The notes under the pieces are model-generated. The model worked only from the letters and a program-made list of their open reading frames with translations. It did not search any database and was not told the DNA's origin. Of a stretch of 64,000 nucleotides of DNA, positions 28,582 through 38,572 are shown one piece after another. The stretch is taken from the NCBI GenBank assembly GCA_963668695.2, contig CAXXLQ010000004.1:1824001-1888000 (forward strand), written 5' to 3'. The stretch's first letter is position 1. Each line of letters starts with the position of its first letter. Origin of the DNA: Vicinamibacteria bacterium. Lineage in GTDB: Bacteria; Acidobacteriota; Vicinamibacteria; Marinacidobacterales; Marinacidobacteraceae. The position numbers and the translations under genes are program-made.

Positions 28582-31437
28582 ATGCGTTCAAGTCGACCAC
28601 GACTTCGTACTCCGGCACTCGTCACACTTCTGTGTGCGGGAGCCATCGTTTTGGTCTCCGGTCCCGTCGCGGCTCAGGTCGTGGGCGGGAACATCTCCGG
28701 CACCGTCATGGATGGCTCGGGCGGCACCCTGCCCGGCGTGACTGTGACGGTCCTGAACACCGGGACCGGTTTCGCGCAGGTGCTCACCACCGGAACCGCA
28801 GGCGGTTTCCGGGCGGTCGCTCTCCAGCCGGGGGTCTACGTGGTCACGGTGGAACTCTCCGGCTTCGCGACCCAGCGGCGTGAGATCGAACTTCTCATCG
28901 GCTATGAACTCCAGGCGGATTTCACGCTTGATCTAGCCGGAGTCGAAGAAGTTGTCACCATTACGGCCGAAGCTCCGCTGGTGGAACTGACCAAGGCGCA
29001 GCCGTCTTCGGTAGTGACCAACGAGCAGGTGGAGAATCTTCCGGTGCTGAACCGGAACTTCCTCGCTCTCGCGACCATCATGCCGGGCGCCACGCCGCAC
29101 TACCAGAAGTTTGCGGCGGTGAAGTTCGGCGGGGCGGCCGATCAGAGAAACGCCTACACGACGCTGATTGACGGCGGCGACATTGACGACGCCATCTGGG
29201 GAAATCCATCCATCAACATCGCCCAGGACGCGGTGCAGGAGTTCAAGGTCTATCGGAACCAGTTCGACGCGCAGTACGGCGCGGCGCTTACCGCGGTCGT
29301 GACCACGGCGACGAAGTCGGGGACCAACGATCTCAGTGGCACCGGCTATGTCTTCGCCCGCGACGAACGCTTTAGTTCCAAGAATGAGTTCGCCAACGAG
29401 AAGCCGCCCTTCGACGAGCAACGGATCGGCGCGACCGTGGGTGGCCCGCTGGTGCGCGACCGGACGCACTTCTTCGGCAGCGTCGAATACCACACTGTGG
29501 GCAACAGCCGGATCATTTCCCTCGCGCCCAGCAATCCCTTCGCGGCGCGCGAGAACGGAGTGTTCTCCGCCGGCACGACGAAACAGCTGGCTCTCGCGAA
29601 GCTGGATCACCGCTTCAATCAGGACAACGCGCTCTTCGTTCGATACGCCCTCGACAACTACAACGGCGAGCGGACGAACACCCCCAGTTCGGCTACGCAG
29701 TTCGTGGACGATCACACCAGAGCGCACAGCCTGGTCGTGGAAGACAACTGGATTCTCTCTCCCGACACCGTCAACACACTGCGGTTTCACTACCTGAACC
29801 ACAATGTCGAGACCACGCCGCACAGCTTCGATCCGGGCATCAATCGTCCGTCGGTCACGACGGGACAGAACTTCACCCTGCCGCAGTTCTTCCCGCGCGA
29901 GCGGTTCTCGGTGTATCAAACGCTGTACGTGAACAAGGAGAACCACAACCTCAAGGTCGGCGGCGACTTTACGGTCGCGACGCACGAGTTCGAGGCCCAC
30001 TTCAACGAGAGCGGGCAATGGCACTTCGATACCGACGACCCGTTCAACGCGGCCGATCCGGCCACGCACCCCTTCGCTTTCGTCAAGCAGACGCCCGGCT
30101 TCTACGACTACAAGTCGAACCAGATTGGGCTCTACCTGCAAGACGACTGGCAGGCGGCCGACAACATACAGATGAACCTCGGCGTTCGCTACGACATCGA
30201 CACGAACATCCGCCTCAACGACGTGTACGCCGACATCAGCGCCAATCCGGCCTACGCCGGCATTGACAACTTCGTCCGTTCCGACCGCGGCACCGACATG
30301 AACAACCTGCAGCCGCGGATAGGGCTGACGTGGGACGTGGGCGGCCGCGGAAACCTGGTCGTGCGCGGTGGCGTCGGGTTCTACGTGACTCGCAACCGCC
30401 CCTGGTTCCAGCTCACCACCCAGGACCGGTTGGTCGGGACCGCCGTCCGGATCGGCGATCCGGCGCTGCTCGCGAACTATCCCGACCAAAACGGCGCACT
30501 CGGCGGGAAGAGTCTGGAGGAGTTCGTGTTGGGCGGCGCGCGGTCCGTGTTCCTCATCGAGGACGACTACCAGCTTCCCCAGTCGGTGACGGGGACGATT
30601 GGGTTCGGCTGGCAGATCAACCCGCAGACCTCTCTGGATGTCGATCTGGTTCACAGCTACGCCGACCAGCAACTCGGCGCGCTCGACTACAACCTGCCTG
30701 CTACCGGGCGCATCGGCGCCGACAACCCGAGGCCGGTCAGCGGGTTCAGTGAGGTCAAGGTCATGACCAACTTCACGGAGACCTGGTACGACGCGTTGGA
30801 GGTCCAGCTCCGCCGCAGAGTCCGCGGCGGCGACAGTCTGCAGGCGTCCTACACCCTGTCACGGAGCTACCGGAACGGGGTGGGCCACTACCAGTGGTAT
30901 CCGGGGACGATGCGGGACTTCGTGAGCGGAGCGCGCGAGGAAGAGGGGTACAGCGACCTCGACAACCGTCACAACTTCACCGTCGCCGGTTCGACAGTCC
31001 TTCCCTGGGACATCCAATTGAGCGGCATCTTCCGGGTGTTGAGCGGCAACCCGGTGCGCGCCGAAGCGGGCTTCGACATCGACGGCGACAACCAACGCCA
31101 GCACGACAAACCGCCCGGCCTCGCGCATACGGTGGGGCGCACGGATGTCGACCAGGCCCTGGGGATCATCAACGACCTCCGGGCCAGCATCGGTCGGGAT
31201 CCCATTGATCGTTCGCTGCTCGATCTCGACACCTTCTTCAACGTGGACCTGCGGGTAACGAAGATCATCCCGTTCGGCGCGGCCCAGCAGTTGGAACTCT
31301 TCCTCGAGGGTTACAACCTGACGAACCATGTGAACTACTACGGGTCGAATCGCAACATCAACTCGGCATCGTTCCTGGTCCGGAGGCGCGCCCGCGACGC
31401 CCGGCAGTTCCAGGGCGGAATCCGCTACCGGTTCTGA
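28582..31437 (+). CDS. TonB-dependent receptor (Oar-like, carboxypeptidase-regulatory N-domain)
   Basis: 'ISGTV.D.SG..LPGVTVT..N..TG', 'DAVQEFKV', 'TKSGTN', 'N.QPRIG..WD', C-terminal 'RQFQGGIRYRF'. Confidence 0.92.
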   Translation: MRSSRPRLRTPALVTLLCAGAIVLVSGPVAAQVVGGNISGTVMDGSGGTLPGVTVTVLNTGTGFAQVLTTGTAGGFRAVALQPGVYVVTVELSGFATQRREIELLIGYELQADFTLDLAGVEEVVTITAEAPLVELTKAQPSSVVTNEQVENLPVLNRNFLALATIMPGATPHYQKFAAVKFGGAADQRNAYTTLIDGGDIDDAIWGNPSINIAQDAVQEFKVYRNQFDAQYGAALTAVVTTATKSGTNDLSGTGYVFARDERFSSKNEFANEKPPFDEQRIGATVGGPLVRDRTHFFGSVEYHTVGNSRIISLAPSNPFAARENGVFSAGTTKQLALAKLDHRFNQDNALFVRYALDNYNGERTNTPSSATQFVDDHTRAHSLVVEDNWILSPDTVNTLRFHYLNHNVETTPHSFDPGINRPSVTTGQNFTLPQFFPRERFSVYQTLYVNKENHNLKVGGDFTVATHEFEAHFNESGQWHFDTDDPFNAADPATHPFAFVKQTPGFYDYKSNQIGLYLQDDWQAADNIQMNLGVRYDIDTNIRLNDVYADISANPAYAGIDNFVRSDRGTDMNNLQPRIGLTWDVGGRGNLVVRGGVGFYVTRNRPWFQLTTQDRLVGTAVRIGDPALLANYPDQNGALGGKSLEEFVLGGARSVFLIEDDYQLPQSVTGTIGFGWQINPQTSLDVDLVHSYADQQLGALDYNLPATGRIGADNPRPVSGFSEVKVMTNFTETWYDALEVQLRRRVRGGDSLQASYTLSRSYRNGVGHYQWYPGTMRDFVSGAREEEGYSDLDNRHNFTVAGSTVLPWDIQLSGIFRVLSGNPVRAEAGFDIDGDNQRQHDKPPGLAHTVGRTDVDQALGIINDLRASIGRDPIDRSLLDLDTFFNVDLRVTKIIPFGAAQQLELFLEGYNLTNHVNYYGSNRNINSASFLVRRRARDARQFQGGIRYRF

Positions 31438-31462
31438 CGCGCGACCCGATCGGCGACATCGT

Positions 31463-31490
31463 GGCCGCCGCCGCAGCGTTGGCGGCGGCC
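31463..31490 (+). other. GC hairpin after the TonB receptor gene, no U-tract
   Basis: GGCCGCCGCC-N8-GGCGGCGGCC. Confidence 0.4.
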
Positions 31491-31545
31491 GCCGGTGATC
31501 CGGCTTCGGTCGCGCTCTGACCTACGGCGCCAATGGAGACATGAA

Positions 31546-32937
31546 ATGAGTCAAATCGTCAGAGATTCCTGGCCCCGAAGGGCCGGCGTTCTCCGAAGGG
31601 TCGGCGTGCTGCTTGCCGCCGCCGTTTCTCTTGCCGCGCTGGCGGTCGGGGCGTCGGCGCAGCCCAACAAACTCGCCCTCGTGGGCGGGATGCTTCTGGA
31701 TGGCTATGAAGTCCCGCCCCTCCATCACGCGGCCGTGCTCATCGAGGGGGAGCGCATCGTCCGGGTGGGGCCGGCGGCGGAGATCGAGATCCCGGCCGAC
31801 TACCAGGTTGTCGACACCAGCGGCAGGACAATGTTGCCCGGGCTCATCGACCTTCACGCTCATCTGGTCATCCTGGGCCACGGTGACTACGGTGAGTGGT
31901 TCCCGTGGGTGGAGGAGCGCGGCCGGGAAGAGACGATTGACGAGGTCATGGCCATCTCGGCCAGACAGTTGCTCATGGCCGGCGTCACGTCGGCGATGGA
32001 TCTCGGCGGGCCGCTCCGCGGCAGCCTGAACGTTCGTGACCGCGTGAACGCGGGCGAGATCCCCGGACCGCGACTCTGGATGAGCGGGCCGTGGCTCGCG
32101 CGCCGGGTGGGCGTCTTCCCGCCGGACTACCAGATCGAGGTCACGAGCTCCGAAGGAGCGGCGCGGTCGGCGGAAGAACTCGCCGACGCCGGGGTGGATG
32201 TGATCAAGGCCCACTCGGGCCTCACCCTCGAGGACTACCGGGCCATCGTCGAGGCCGCGCACCGGCGTGACCTCCGGGTCCACGCCCACGTCTACGCCCC
32301 GGAGGACGTGCGGAACGCCTTGGAGGGCGGGGTAGATGTGCTGACCCACGCCGGCTCGGCAGGAACTCCGCCGTACCCTCCGGAGCTGTTGCGGGACATC
32401 GTGGTGCGCGGAACCCCGGTGGTGATCACCGGAGCGCACCGGGTGTGGGTCTTCCCGGCCACGGTGGCCTTTCCCGAAAGGCTCCAGGACTCCCGCCTGA
32501 CGGCCGATTTCCCCGCGGACATGTACGCCGAGGTCCAACGCTCGTTCGAGAACTTCCACACCCTGCGCTACTTCCGGACCACTCCCCGCCAGATGTTCTT
32601 CGGCGACGCTTCGCTCGGACAGTTCATCGAGGCCGGTGCGGTCATGGGTATGGGTACCGACTCGGGGACGCCGATGAACTTCCACACCGAGGCGCTGTGG
32701 AGGGAGATCAAGTCGCACGTGGATCTCGGGATGTCGCCCCAGCGGGCGATTTCCGCGAGCACCCGCGTCAACGCGGGGATCCTGGGGCGGGGCGCTGACC
32801 TCGGTACGATTGAAGCCGGCAAGCTGGCCGACATCATCGTCGTCAAGGGAGATCCGCTCTTCAACATCACGGCCCTCGCCGATGTCGAAACCGTGGTCAA
32901 GGGCGGACGAATCTTCAAGGGCGGCCCGGCTCGCTGA
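31546..32937 (+). CDS. Secreted amidohydrolase-superfamily enzyme (paralog 1)
   Basis: 'PGLIDLHAH', 'DVIK', 'HAH', 'GTDSG', 'GTIEAGKLADII'. Confidence 0.88.
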   Translation: MSQIVRDSWPRRAGVLRRVGVLLAAAVSLAALAVGASAQPNKLALVGGMLLDGYEVPPLHHAAVLIEGERIVRVGPAAEIEIPADYQVVDTSGRTMLPGLIDLHAHLVILGHGDYGEWFPWVEERGREETIDEVMAISARQLLMAGVTSAMDLGGPLRGSLNVRDRVNAGEIPGPRLWMSGPWLARRVGVFPPDYQIEVTSSEGAARSAEELADAGVDVIKAHSGLTLEDYRAIVEAAHRRDLRVHAHVYAPEDVRNALEGGVDVLTHAGSAGTPPYPPELLRDIVVRGTPVVITGAHRVWVFPATVAFPERLQDSRLTADFPADMYAEVQRSFENFHTLRYFRTTPRQMFFGDASLGQFIEAGAVMGMGTDSGTPMNFHTEALWREIKSHVDLGMSPQRAISASTRVNAGILGRGADLGTIEAGKLADIIVVKGDPLFNITALADVETVVKGGRIFKGGPAR

Positions 32938-32991
32938 TGCGCCGCGAACGGAACTGGGGAGCACACATCGGTCCATGACTCGACGATTGCC

Positions 32992-33549
32992 ATGACTCGA
33001 CGATTACTGGTCCGCTGGGCCCTTTCCCTCCTCGCGGTCGCGCCGCTTGCGCGGGTCCGTCTCTTCGCCCAGGTGAGGAGCCTCGACGAGTCGGATGCGG
33101 AGACGCTCGGGGCGCTCGCGAAGGTGGCGCTCCCGAGTTCGCTCGGAGCCGAGGGGGCGGAGGGAGTGGCCCAGGACTTTCTCCGCTGGATCGGAGGCTA
33201 CCGCGCGGGAGCCGAGATGAGTCCCGGCTACGGGATCCCCCGCGTCCGCAGGACTCCGGACCTGGACATCTCAAGCTACCGGCCCCAGCTTCAGGCTCTC
33301 CGGGACGGCATGGATGCCCGCGGTTCCGACGCCGCCGTGAAGCAGCGGATCCGCGCATCTCTCGAGGAAGCCGGTATCGAGTCGCTTCCCTCCCGACCCG
33401 ACGGACGGCACGTGGTGGCCGATTTGCTCAGCTACTACCTGGGCAGCAGCGAGGCGCGCGACCTCTGCTACCAGGCCGAGATACGCCGCTACACCTGTCC
33501 CGGACTCTCCGGATTGGACGAGAAACCGGCGCCGCTGCGGCGGGCGTAG
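32992..33549 (+). CDS. Small partner subunit of a GMC dehydrogenase (gluconate 2-dehydrogenase subunit 3-like), possible Tat signal
   Basis: TRR N-terminus; helical 'ETL.ALA...LP' segment; directly precedes the GMC gene. Confidence 0.55.
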   Translation: MTRRLLVRWALSLLAVAPLARVRLFAQVRSLDESDAETLGALAKVALPSSLGAEGAEGVAQDFLRWIGGYRAGAEMSPGYGIPRVRRTPDLDISSYRPQLQALRDGMDARGSDAAVKQRIRASLEEAGIESLPSRPDGRHVVADLLSYYLGSSEARDLCYQAEIRRYTCPGLSGLDEKPAPLRRA

Positions 33550-33553
33550 GAGA

Positions 33554-35173
33554 GTGGCGATGCAGACCTACGAGAGCGACGTTTGCGTCGTGGGCGGCGG
33601 CATCTCCGCGGCCCTGATCTCCCAGAAACTCTCCGAACTGGCGCCGGACGCCACGGTCACCGTTGTGGAAGCAGGGGACCGCTTCTTCGACCTCCGGGCC
33701 CGTAGCCGGAACCGGCGGCGCTGGCTCGACTATCGCGAGAACGCCTGGCCGGGAGACTTCATCGAAGACCAGGAGGCCGAGGGCATGATTTCCCGCACCA
33801 TGGCGGTGGGCGGGTCGGCCCTTCATTGGGGAGCGGTGTGCAACCGTTTCTCGCGGGAAGACCTGGAGTTGCGCTCCCGTTACGGGCTGGCGGTGGACTG
33901 GCCCATCGAATGGGCGGAGTTCGAGCGGTTCACCTGCGAGGCGGAGCGGCGCCTGGGAGTGCAGGGCGAAGAGGCGCCGTATCCCGAAGATCGGCCTTCG
34001 GCGCCCTACCCGATGCCGCCGATGCCGCTCTCCTACAACCTGCAGCAACTGAAAGGCTGGGCGCAAAAGAGCGGCATCCGGTTCCAGGGCACGCCGGAGG
34101 CCAAGAACACGGTTCCCTATGACGGCCGGAGCGTGTGCATGCGCTGCAACACCTGCTCGGTGTGCCCCACCGGCGCGCGCTACTCGCCCGACTTCACCTT
34201 CAAGAGGCTGCTGGACGAGAACCGGCTCACCCTGCACGACCGCACGCTCATCCGGAAGCTGATCCCGGACGAATCCGGTTCCCGGATCGTTGCTGCCCGG
34301 GGGCTCCACCGCGACCGGCCCGACGAGGAGGTGGAGTACCGGGCGCCGCTCTTCGTGATTGCCTCGGGCTACGTCTGGAGTTCCCACCTCCTGCTGCTGT
34401 CGGCGAATTCCCGTTTCCCGGACGGTCTGGCGAATCGTTCCGGTCTCGTGGGCCGGTACATGACCGGCCACGCGTTCATCAGCGCCTTCATGGAAACCGA
34501 CACCGAGCTCTATCCGGGCATGATGTCCCACAGCCTGGTCTCGCGCGAGTTCTTTCGCTGCCCGTCGGACAACCCGTTCGTGCGGCACGACCTGCGGGTA
34601 TGGGAGAACGAGCACGGGCAGGGACCGCGACTCCGCGACGACGCGGGATCGGTCTTGCTGGGGGATGAACTGCTGGACGACTGGAGATCCAGAACGGGGC
34701 GCGGGATGGCGCGCGTTCGCGCCTACTACGACGTGCATCCCGACCGGGACAGCGCGCTCACTCTCGACCCGGCCCGGCAAAACCGCTACGGGGATCCGCT
34801 GCCCCGCGTCGAGCATCGGCTCGACGAGCCCACCCAGGCCCGTGAGGCCGCCACCAAGGAACAGATTCTGGGTATCTTCGGCCGGCTCGCTGGCGGCGGC
34901 AAACTCCTCGACACGCAGTACAGCACCTACCTCGATCATCCCTGCGGCGGCTGCCGGATGGGAACGGACCCCTCCGACAGCGTCTGCGACAGCTTCGGAA
35001 GGACTCACGACCACGAGAACCTGTTCGTGGTGGGAGCCCCGACGCTGCCGACCGGCGGCTGCACGAACGGCACATTGACGTTCTCCGCGCTCACCCTCCG
35101 CTCCGCGGAGGAGATCGGGCGCGACCTTGGCTGGACACCGGTGGAGACGGAGCCGCTTTCGGGGGCGCCGTGA
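33554..35173 (+). CDS. GMC-family FAD oxidoreductase
   Basis: 'DVCVVGGG', 'VGGSALHW', 'C.RC..C..CP.GARY', 'GLANRSGLVGRY', 'HPCGGCRMG', 'NGTLT..AL.LR'. Confidence 0.92.
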   Translation: MAMQTYESDVCVVGGGISAALISQKLSELAPDATVTVVEAGDRFFDLRARSRNRRRWLDYRENAWPGDFIEDQEAEGMISRTMAVGGSALHWGAVCNRFSREDLELRSRYGLAVDWPIEWAEFERFTCEAERRLGVQGEEAPYPEDRPSAPYPMPPMPLSYNLQQLKGWAQKSGIRFQGTPEAKNTVPYDGRSVCMRCNTCSVCPTGARYSPDFTFKRLLDENRLTLHDRTLIRKLIPDESGSRIVAARGLHRDRPDEEVEYRAPLFVIASGYVWSSHLLLLSANSRFPDGLANRSGLVGRYMTGHAFISAFMETDTELYPGMMSHSLVSREFFRCPSDNPFVRHDLRVWENEHGQGPRLRDDAGSVLLGDELLDDWRSRTGRGMARVRAYYDVHPDRDSALTLDPARQNRYGDPLPRVEHRLDEPTQAREAATKEQILGIFGRLAGGGKLLDTQYSTYLDHPCGGCRMGTDPSDSVCDSFGRTHDHENLFVVGAPTLPTGGCTNGTLTFSALTLRSAEEIGRDLGWTPVETEPLSGAP

Positions 35174-35280
35174 ACGCGGCGGGCGGGTCGCGGAGTCGGG
35201 ACCGCCCCCCCTGGCAACATGTTTCTTGGCTGCCGGCGTCGACAGATCGCCGGGAGCCCCCAAATTGGAGGGTAGGCGTC

Positions 35281-36630
35281 ATGGCGTTGCTTCGAACGAG
35301 GGCTGGCCGCCGTATCGGCCGGTTCGGTCTGATCGCGTTTCTCGCGCTCGCGGCGCCGGCGGCGGCGCAGAACAAACTCGCGCTGGTGGGGGGGATGCTC
35401 CTCGACGGCTACGAGGTGCCGCCGGTGCATCACGCCGCGGTGGTGATCGAGGGCAACCGGATCGTCGCGGTAGGCCCCGCCGCCCAGATCCAGATTCCGC
35501 CGGACGCCGAGGTCATCGACACCAGCGGGCGGGTGATGATGCCGGGGATGATCGACCTGCACGCCCATCTGGCGGTCCTTGGACACGGCTCCTACGGCCG
35601 CTGGTTTTCCTGGCTCGAGGAGGAGGGAATTTCCATTCAACAAGTAATGGAAATCTCGGCGAAGCAGCTCCTGCTCGCCGGAGTCACCACCGCCGTGGAT
35701 CTTGCGGCGCCGCTCGAAGCCAGTATCTCCGTGCGGGACCGGATCGCCCGCGGGGAGATCCCCGGCGCCCGGATGCTGATGAGCGGCCCCTGGATCACCA
35801 GCTCTGTCAGGTTCTGGCCGGAGGAGTTCCAGATCGGCGTCTCGTCCCCCGAGGAGGCGTCGGCGGCAGTGGAGCGGCTCGCTGAGGCGGGGGTGGATGT
35901 GATCAAGGCGTGGGCCGGGCTCACCCGGGACGACTACCAGGCGATCGCGGACACCGCGCACGAACACGGCTTGCGGGTTCACGCTCATGTCTATGGGCCC
36001 GAAGAGGTCAGAAACGCCCTCGAGACCGGCATTGATGTGCTCACCCACGCCGGCTCGGCGGGGACCCCGCCGTACGAGCCGGAGCTGATCCGGGACATCG
36101 TGGTCGCCGGCCGCCCGGTGGTCATCACCGGCGCCCACCGGGTGTGGGTCTTCCCGGCCACTGTGCAGTTCCCCGAACGGCTCCAGGACCCGCGGCTCCG
36201 TCAGGACCTGCCCCCGGCCATGTACGACGAGTTCCAGCGGAGCTTCGAGAACTTTCACACGCTCGGCTATTTCCAGACGACCCCTCGGCAGATGTTCTTC
36301 GGCGACGCGTCGCTCGGACAGTGGATCGAGGCCGGCGCCGTGATGGGGATGGGCACCGACTCGGGGACGCCGATGAACTTTCACACCGAGGCGCTCTGGC
36401 GCGAGATCAAGGCCCACGTGGACCTCGGGATGGCGCCTCTCGACGCCATCGCCGCCGCGACCCGGATCAATGCGCGGATTCTCGGGATGGGTGACGACCT
36501 CGGAACCATCGAGGAAGGCAAGCTCGCGGACATAATCGTGCTCGATGGAGATCCGCGGTTCGACATCACGGCTCTCGATGACCCCGTACTCGTGGTCAAG
36601 GACGGCCGGCCGTACCGCCGCGGCGAGTGA
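35281..36630 (+). CDS. Secreted amidohydrolase-superfamily enzyme (paralog 2)
   Basis: Same motifs as 31546-32937 with long identical peptide blocks. Confidence 0.88.
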   Translation: MALLRTRAGRRIGRFGLIAFLALAAPAAAQNKLALVGGMLLDGYEVPPVHHAAVVIEGNRIVAVGPAAQIQIPPDAEVIDTSGRVMMPGMIDLHAHLAVLGHGSYGRWFSWLEEEGISIQQVMEISAKQLLLAGVTTAVDLAAPLEASISVRDRIARGEIPGARMLMSGPWITSSVRFWPEEFQIGVSSPEEASAAVERLAEAGVDVIKAWAGLTRDDYQAIADTAHEHGLRVHAHVYGPEEVRNALETGIDVLTHAGSAGTPPYEPELIRDIVVAGRPVVITGAHRVWVFPATVQFPERLQDPRLRQDLPPAMYDEFQRSFENFHTLGYFQTTPRQMFFGDASLGQWIEAGAVMGMGTDSGTPMNFHTEALWREIKAHVDLGMAPLDAIAAATRINARILGMGDDLGTIEEGKLADIIVLDGDPRFDITALDDPVLVVKDGRPYRRGE

Positions 36631-36643
36631 GGGAGTGAGGACG

Positions 36644-38566
36644 ATGAGGGGTGGAACGAAACGGCTGCGCATTGCGCTGGCGATGCTGTTGCTGCCGCTT
36701 CCCGGCGCCTATGGCCAGCAGGCGGACTGGGAGACCCACGGCGGAGATCCCGGAGGGATGAAGTACTCGTGGCTCGACGAGATCAACCGCGACAACGTCG
36801 GCCAGCTCGAGGCGGTCTGGACCTGGGAGACCGGGGAGCAACCGCTGCCGGCGGCGAGCACTCCCATTCGGGGCCAGCCGGTGGCGCCCGGCAAGTTCCA
36901 GGGGACTCCGGTCGTCCTGGACGGAGTCATGTACCTCAGCACCTCTTACAGCCGGGTGGTTGCGCTTGACGCGGTCACCGGGGAGGAGCTCTGGGCCTAC
37001 GATCCCCGCGCTTACGAGTGGGGAAATCTCCCGCGGGGTTGCCGCTTCTGCCACCGCGGCGTCGCTGTCTGGACCGACGGTGAGGAGCGGCGCATCTTCA
37101 TCAACAGCCGCTGGATGCTGGTCGCGCTCGATGCCGTGACCGGAGAGCCGATCGCGTCGTTCGGGAAGGGCGGGGTCGCGGATCTCACCGAGAACCTGGT
37201 GTGGGAGACGAACCGGCTCATGTACACGAACACCTCACCGCCGGTGATCTACCAGGACCTGGTCATCGTCGGCAGCGGCGTTCCCGACAACCGGATCTAC
37301 CGAAAGAACCCTCCCGGCGACGTGCAGGCGTTCAACGTGCGCACCGGGGAGTTCGTGTGGAGCTTCCACACGATCCCGCAGAAGGGTGAGTACGGCAACG
37401 ACACCTGGGAGGACGACTCCTGGTCCTACACCGGATCGGCCAATGTCTGGGCGCCGTTCACCGTGGACGCCGAGCGGGGGCTGGTGTATCTGCCCGTCAG
37501 CACCCCGAACAACGACTTCTACGGTGGCCATCGCAAGGGCGACAACCTCTTCGCCGAGTCCATCGTCTGTCTCGACGCCAATACCGGCAGGCGGGTCTGG
37601 CACTTCCAGACGGTGCGTCACGGAATCTGGGACTACGACCTCCCCGCGCCTCCGAACCTGATCACCATTCAGGTGGACGGCGAGACCATCGACGCGGTGG
37701 CGGTGGTGGGAAAGACCGGATTCGTCTACGTCTTCGATCGGGTCACCGGCGAACCGGTTTGGCCGATCGAAGACCGTCCGGTGCCGGGAAGCGACGTGCC
37801 CGGCGAGAGGGCCGCCCTGACCCAGCCCTACCCCACGAAGCCTCCGCCGTTCGGCCGTCAGGGGTTCAGCGAAGACGATCTGATGGACTTCACTCCCGAG
37901 CTGAAGGCGATGGCGCTCGAGGTCGTCAAGGAGTATCGGCTGGGCGCGCTGTTCACCCCGCCGTCCCTGGAGGGGACGCTCATGATGCCGGGGATCTGGG
38001 GCGCCGGGAACTGGGGAGGCGCGGCCTTCGATCCCGGCACCGGGACGCTGTACGTCAAGGCAACCAACTGGCCCTCGCTCTTCCGGGTGGGCAAGCCCGA
38101 CCGGAACCTGGTGGATGCCGACTACAGCGGCTCGGGCTTCGGGGCCCGGCTGGAGATCGCAGAAGGCGTGCCCGTGCACAAGCCTCCCTACGCCACCCTC
38201 ACCGCCATCGATCTGAACGCCGGCGAGCTGCTCTGGCAGATTCCCCTCGGCGATTCACCGGCCATCCGCAACCATCCGTTGCTGCAGGATCTGGATCTCC
38301 CCCAGCTCGGGGTGGGCCCGCCGCAGCACGGGCAATCCGCAGCGCTCGTCACCGAAGGAGGGCTGCTCCTCATCAGCGCGGCGAGCGATCATCTCTACAT
38401 CTTCAACAAGGCGGACGGCACGCTGCTCCACGAGATCGCGCTGGGCGGCGGCGGTTTCGGCAATCCCGTCACCTATCTCGCGGGCGGACGCCAGCAGGTG
38501 TCCATCGCCACCTCGCAGTCGGACGGATCGGGCGCGAAGATCCTCACGTTCAGCCTGCCTCGATAG
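36644..38566 (+). CDS. PQQ-dependent dehydrogenase (quinoprotein glucose dehydrogenase-like)
   Basis: 'W..HGGD.GG.KYS.L..IN..NV..L', 'GDNLFAES', 'WHFQ.V.H.IWDYD', 'KPPYATL.AIDL'. Confidence 0.9.
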   Translation: MRGGTKRLRIALAMLLLPLPGAYGQQADWETHGGDPGGMKYSWLDEINRDNVGQLEAVWTWETGEQPLPAASTPIRGQPVAPGKFQGTPVVLDGVMYLSTSYSRVVALDAVTGEELWAYDPRAYEWGNLPRGCRFCHRGVAVWTDGEERRIFINSRWMLVALDAVTGEPIASFGKGGVADLTENLVWETNRLMYTNTSPPVIYQDLVIVGSGVPDNRIYRKNPPGDVQAFNVRTGEFVWSFHTIPQKGEYGNDTWEDDSWSYTGSANVWAPFTVDAERGLVYLPVSTPNNDFYGGHRKGDNLFAESIVCLDANTGRRVWHFQTVRHGIWDYDLPAPPNLITIQVDGETIDAVAVVGKTGFVYVFDRVTGEPVWPIEDRPVPGSDVPGERAALTQPYPTKPPPFGRQGFSEDDLMDFTPELKAMALEVVKEYRLGALFTPPSLEGTLMMPGIWGAGNWGGAAFDPGTGTLYVKATNWPSLFRVGKPDRNLVDADYSGSGFGARLEIAEGVPVHKPPYATLTAIDLNAGELLWQIPLGDSPAIRNHPLLQDLDLPQLGVGPPQHGQSAALVTEGGLLLISAASDHLYIFNKADGTLLHEIALGGGGFGNPVTYLAGGRQQVSIATSQSDGSGAKILTFSLPR

Positions 38567-38572
38567 GACGCA

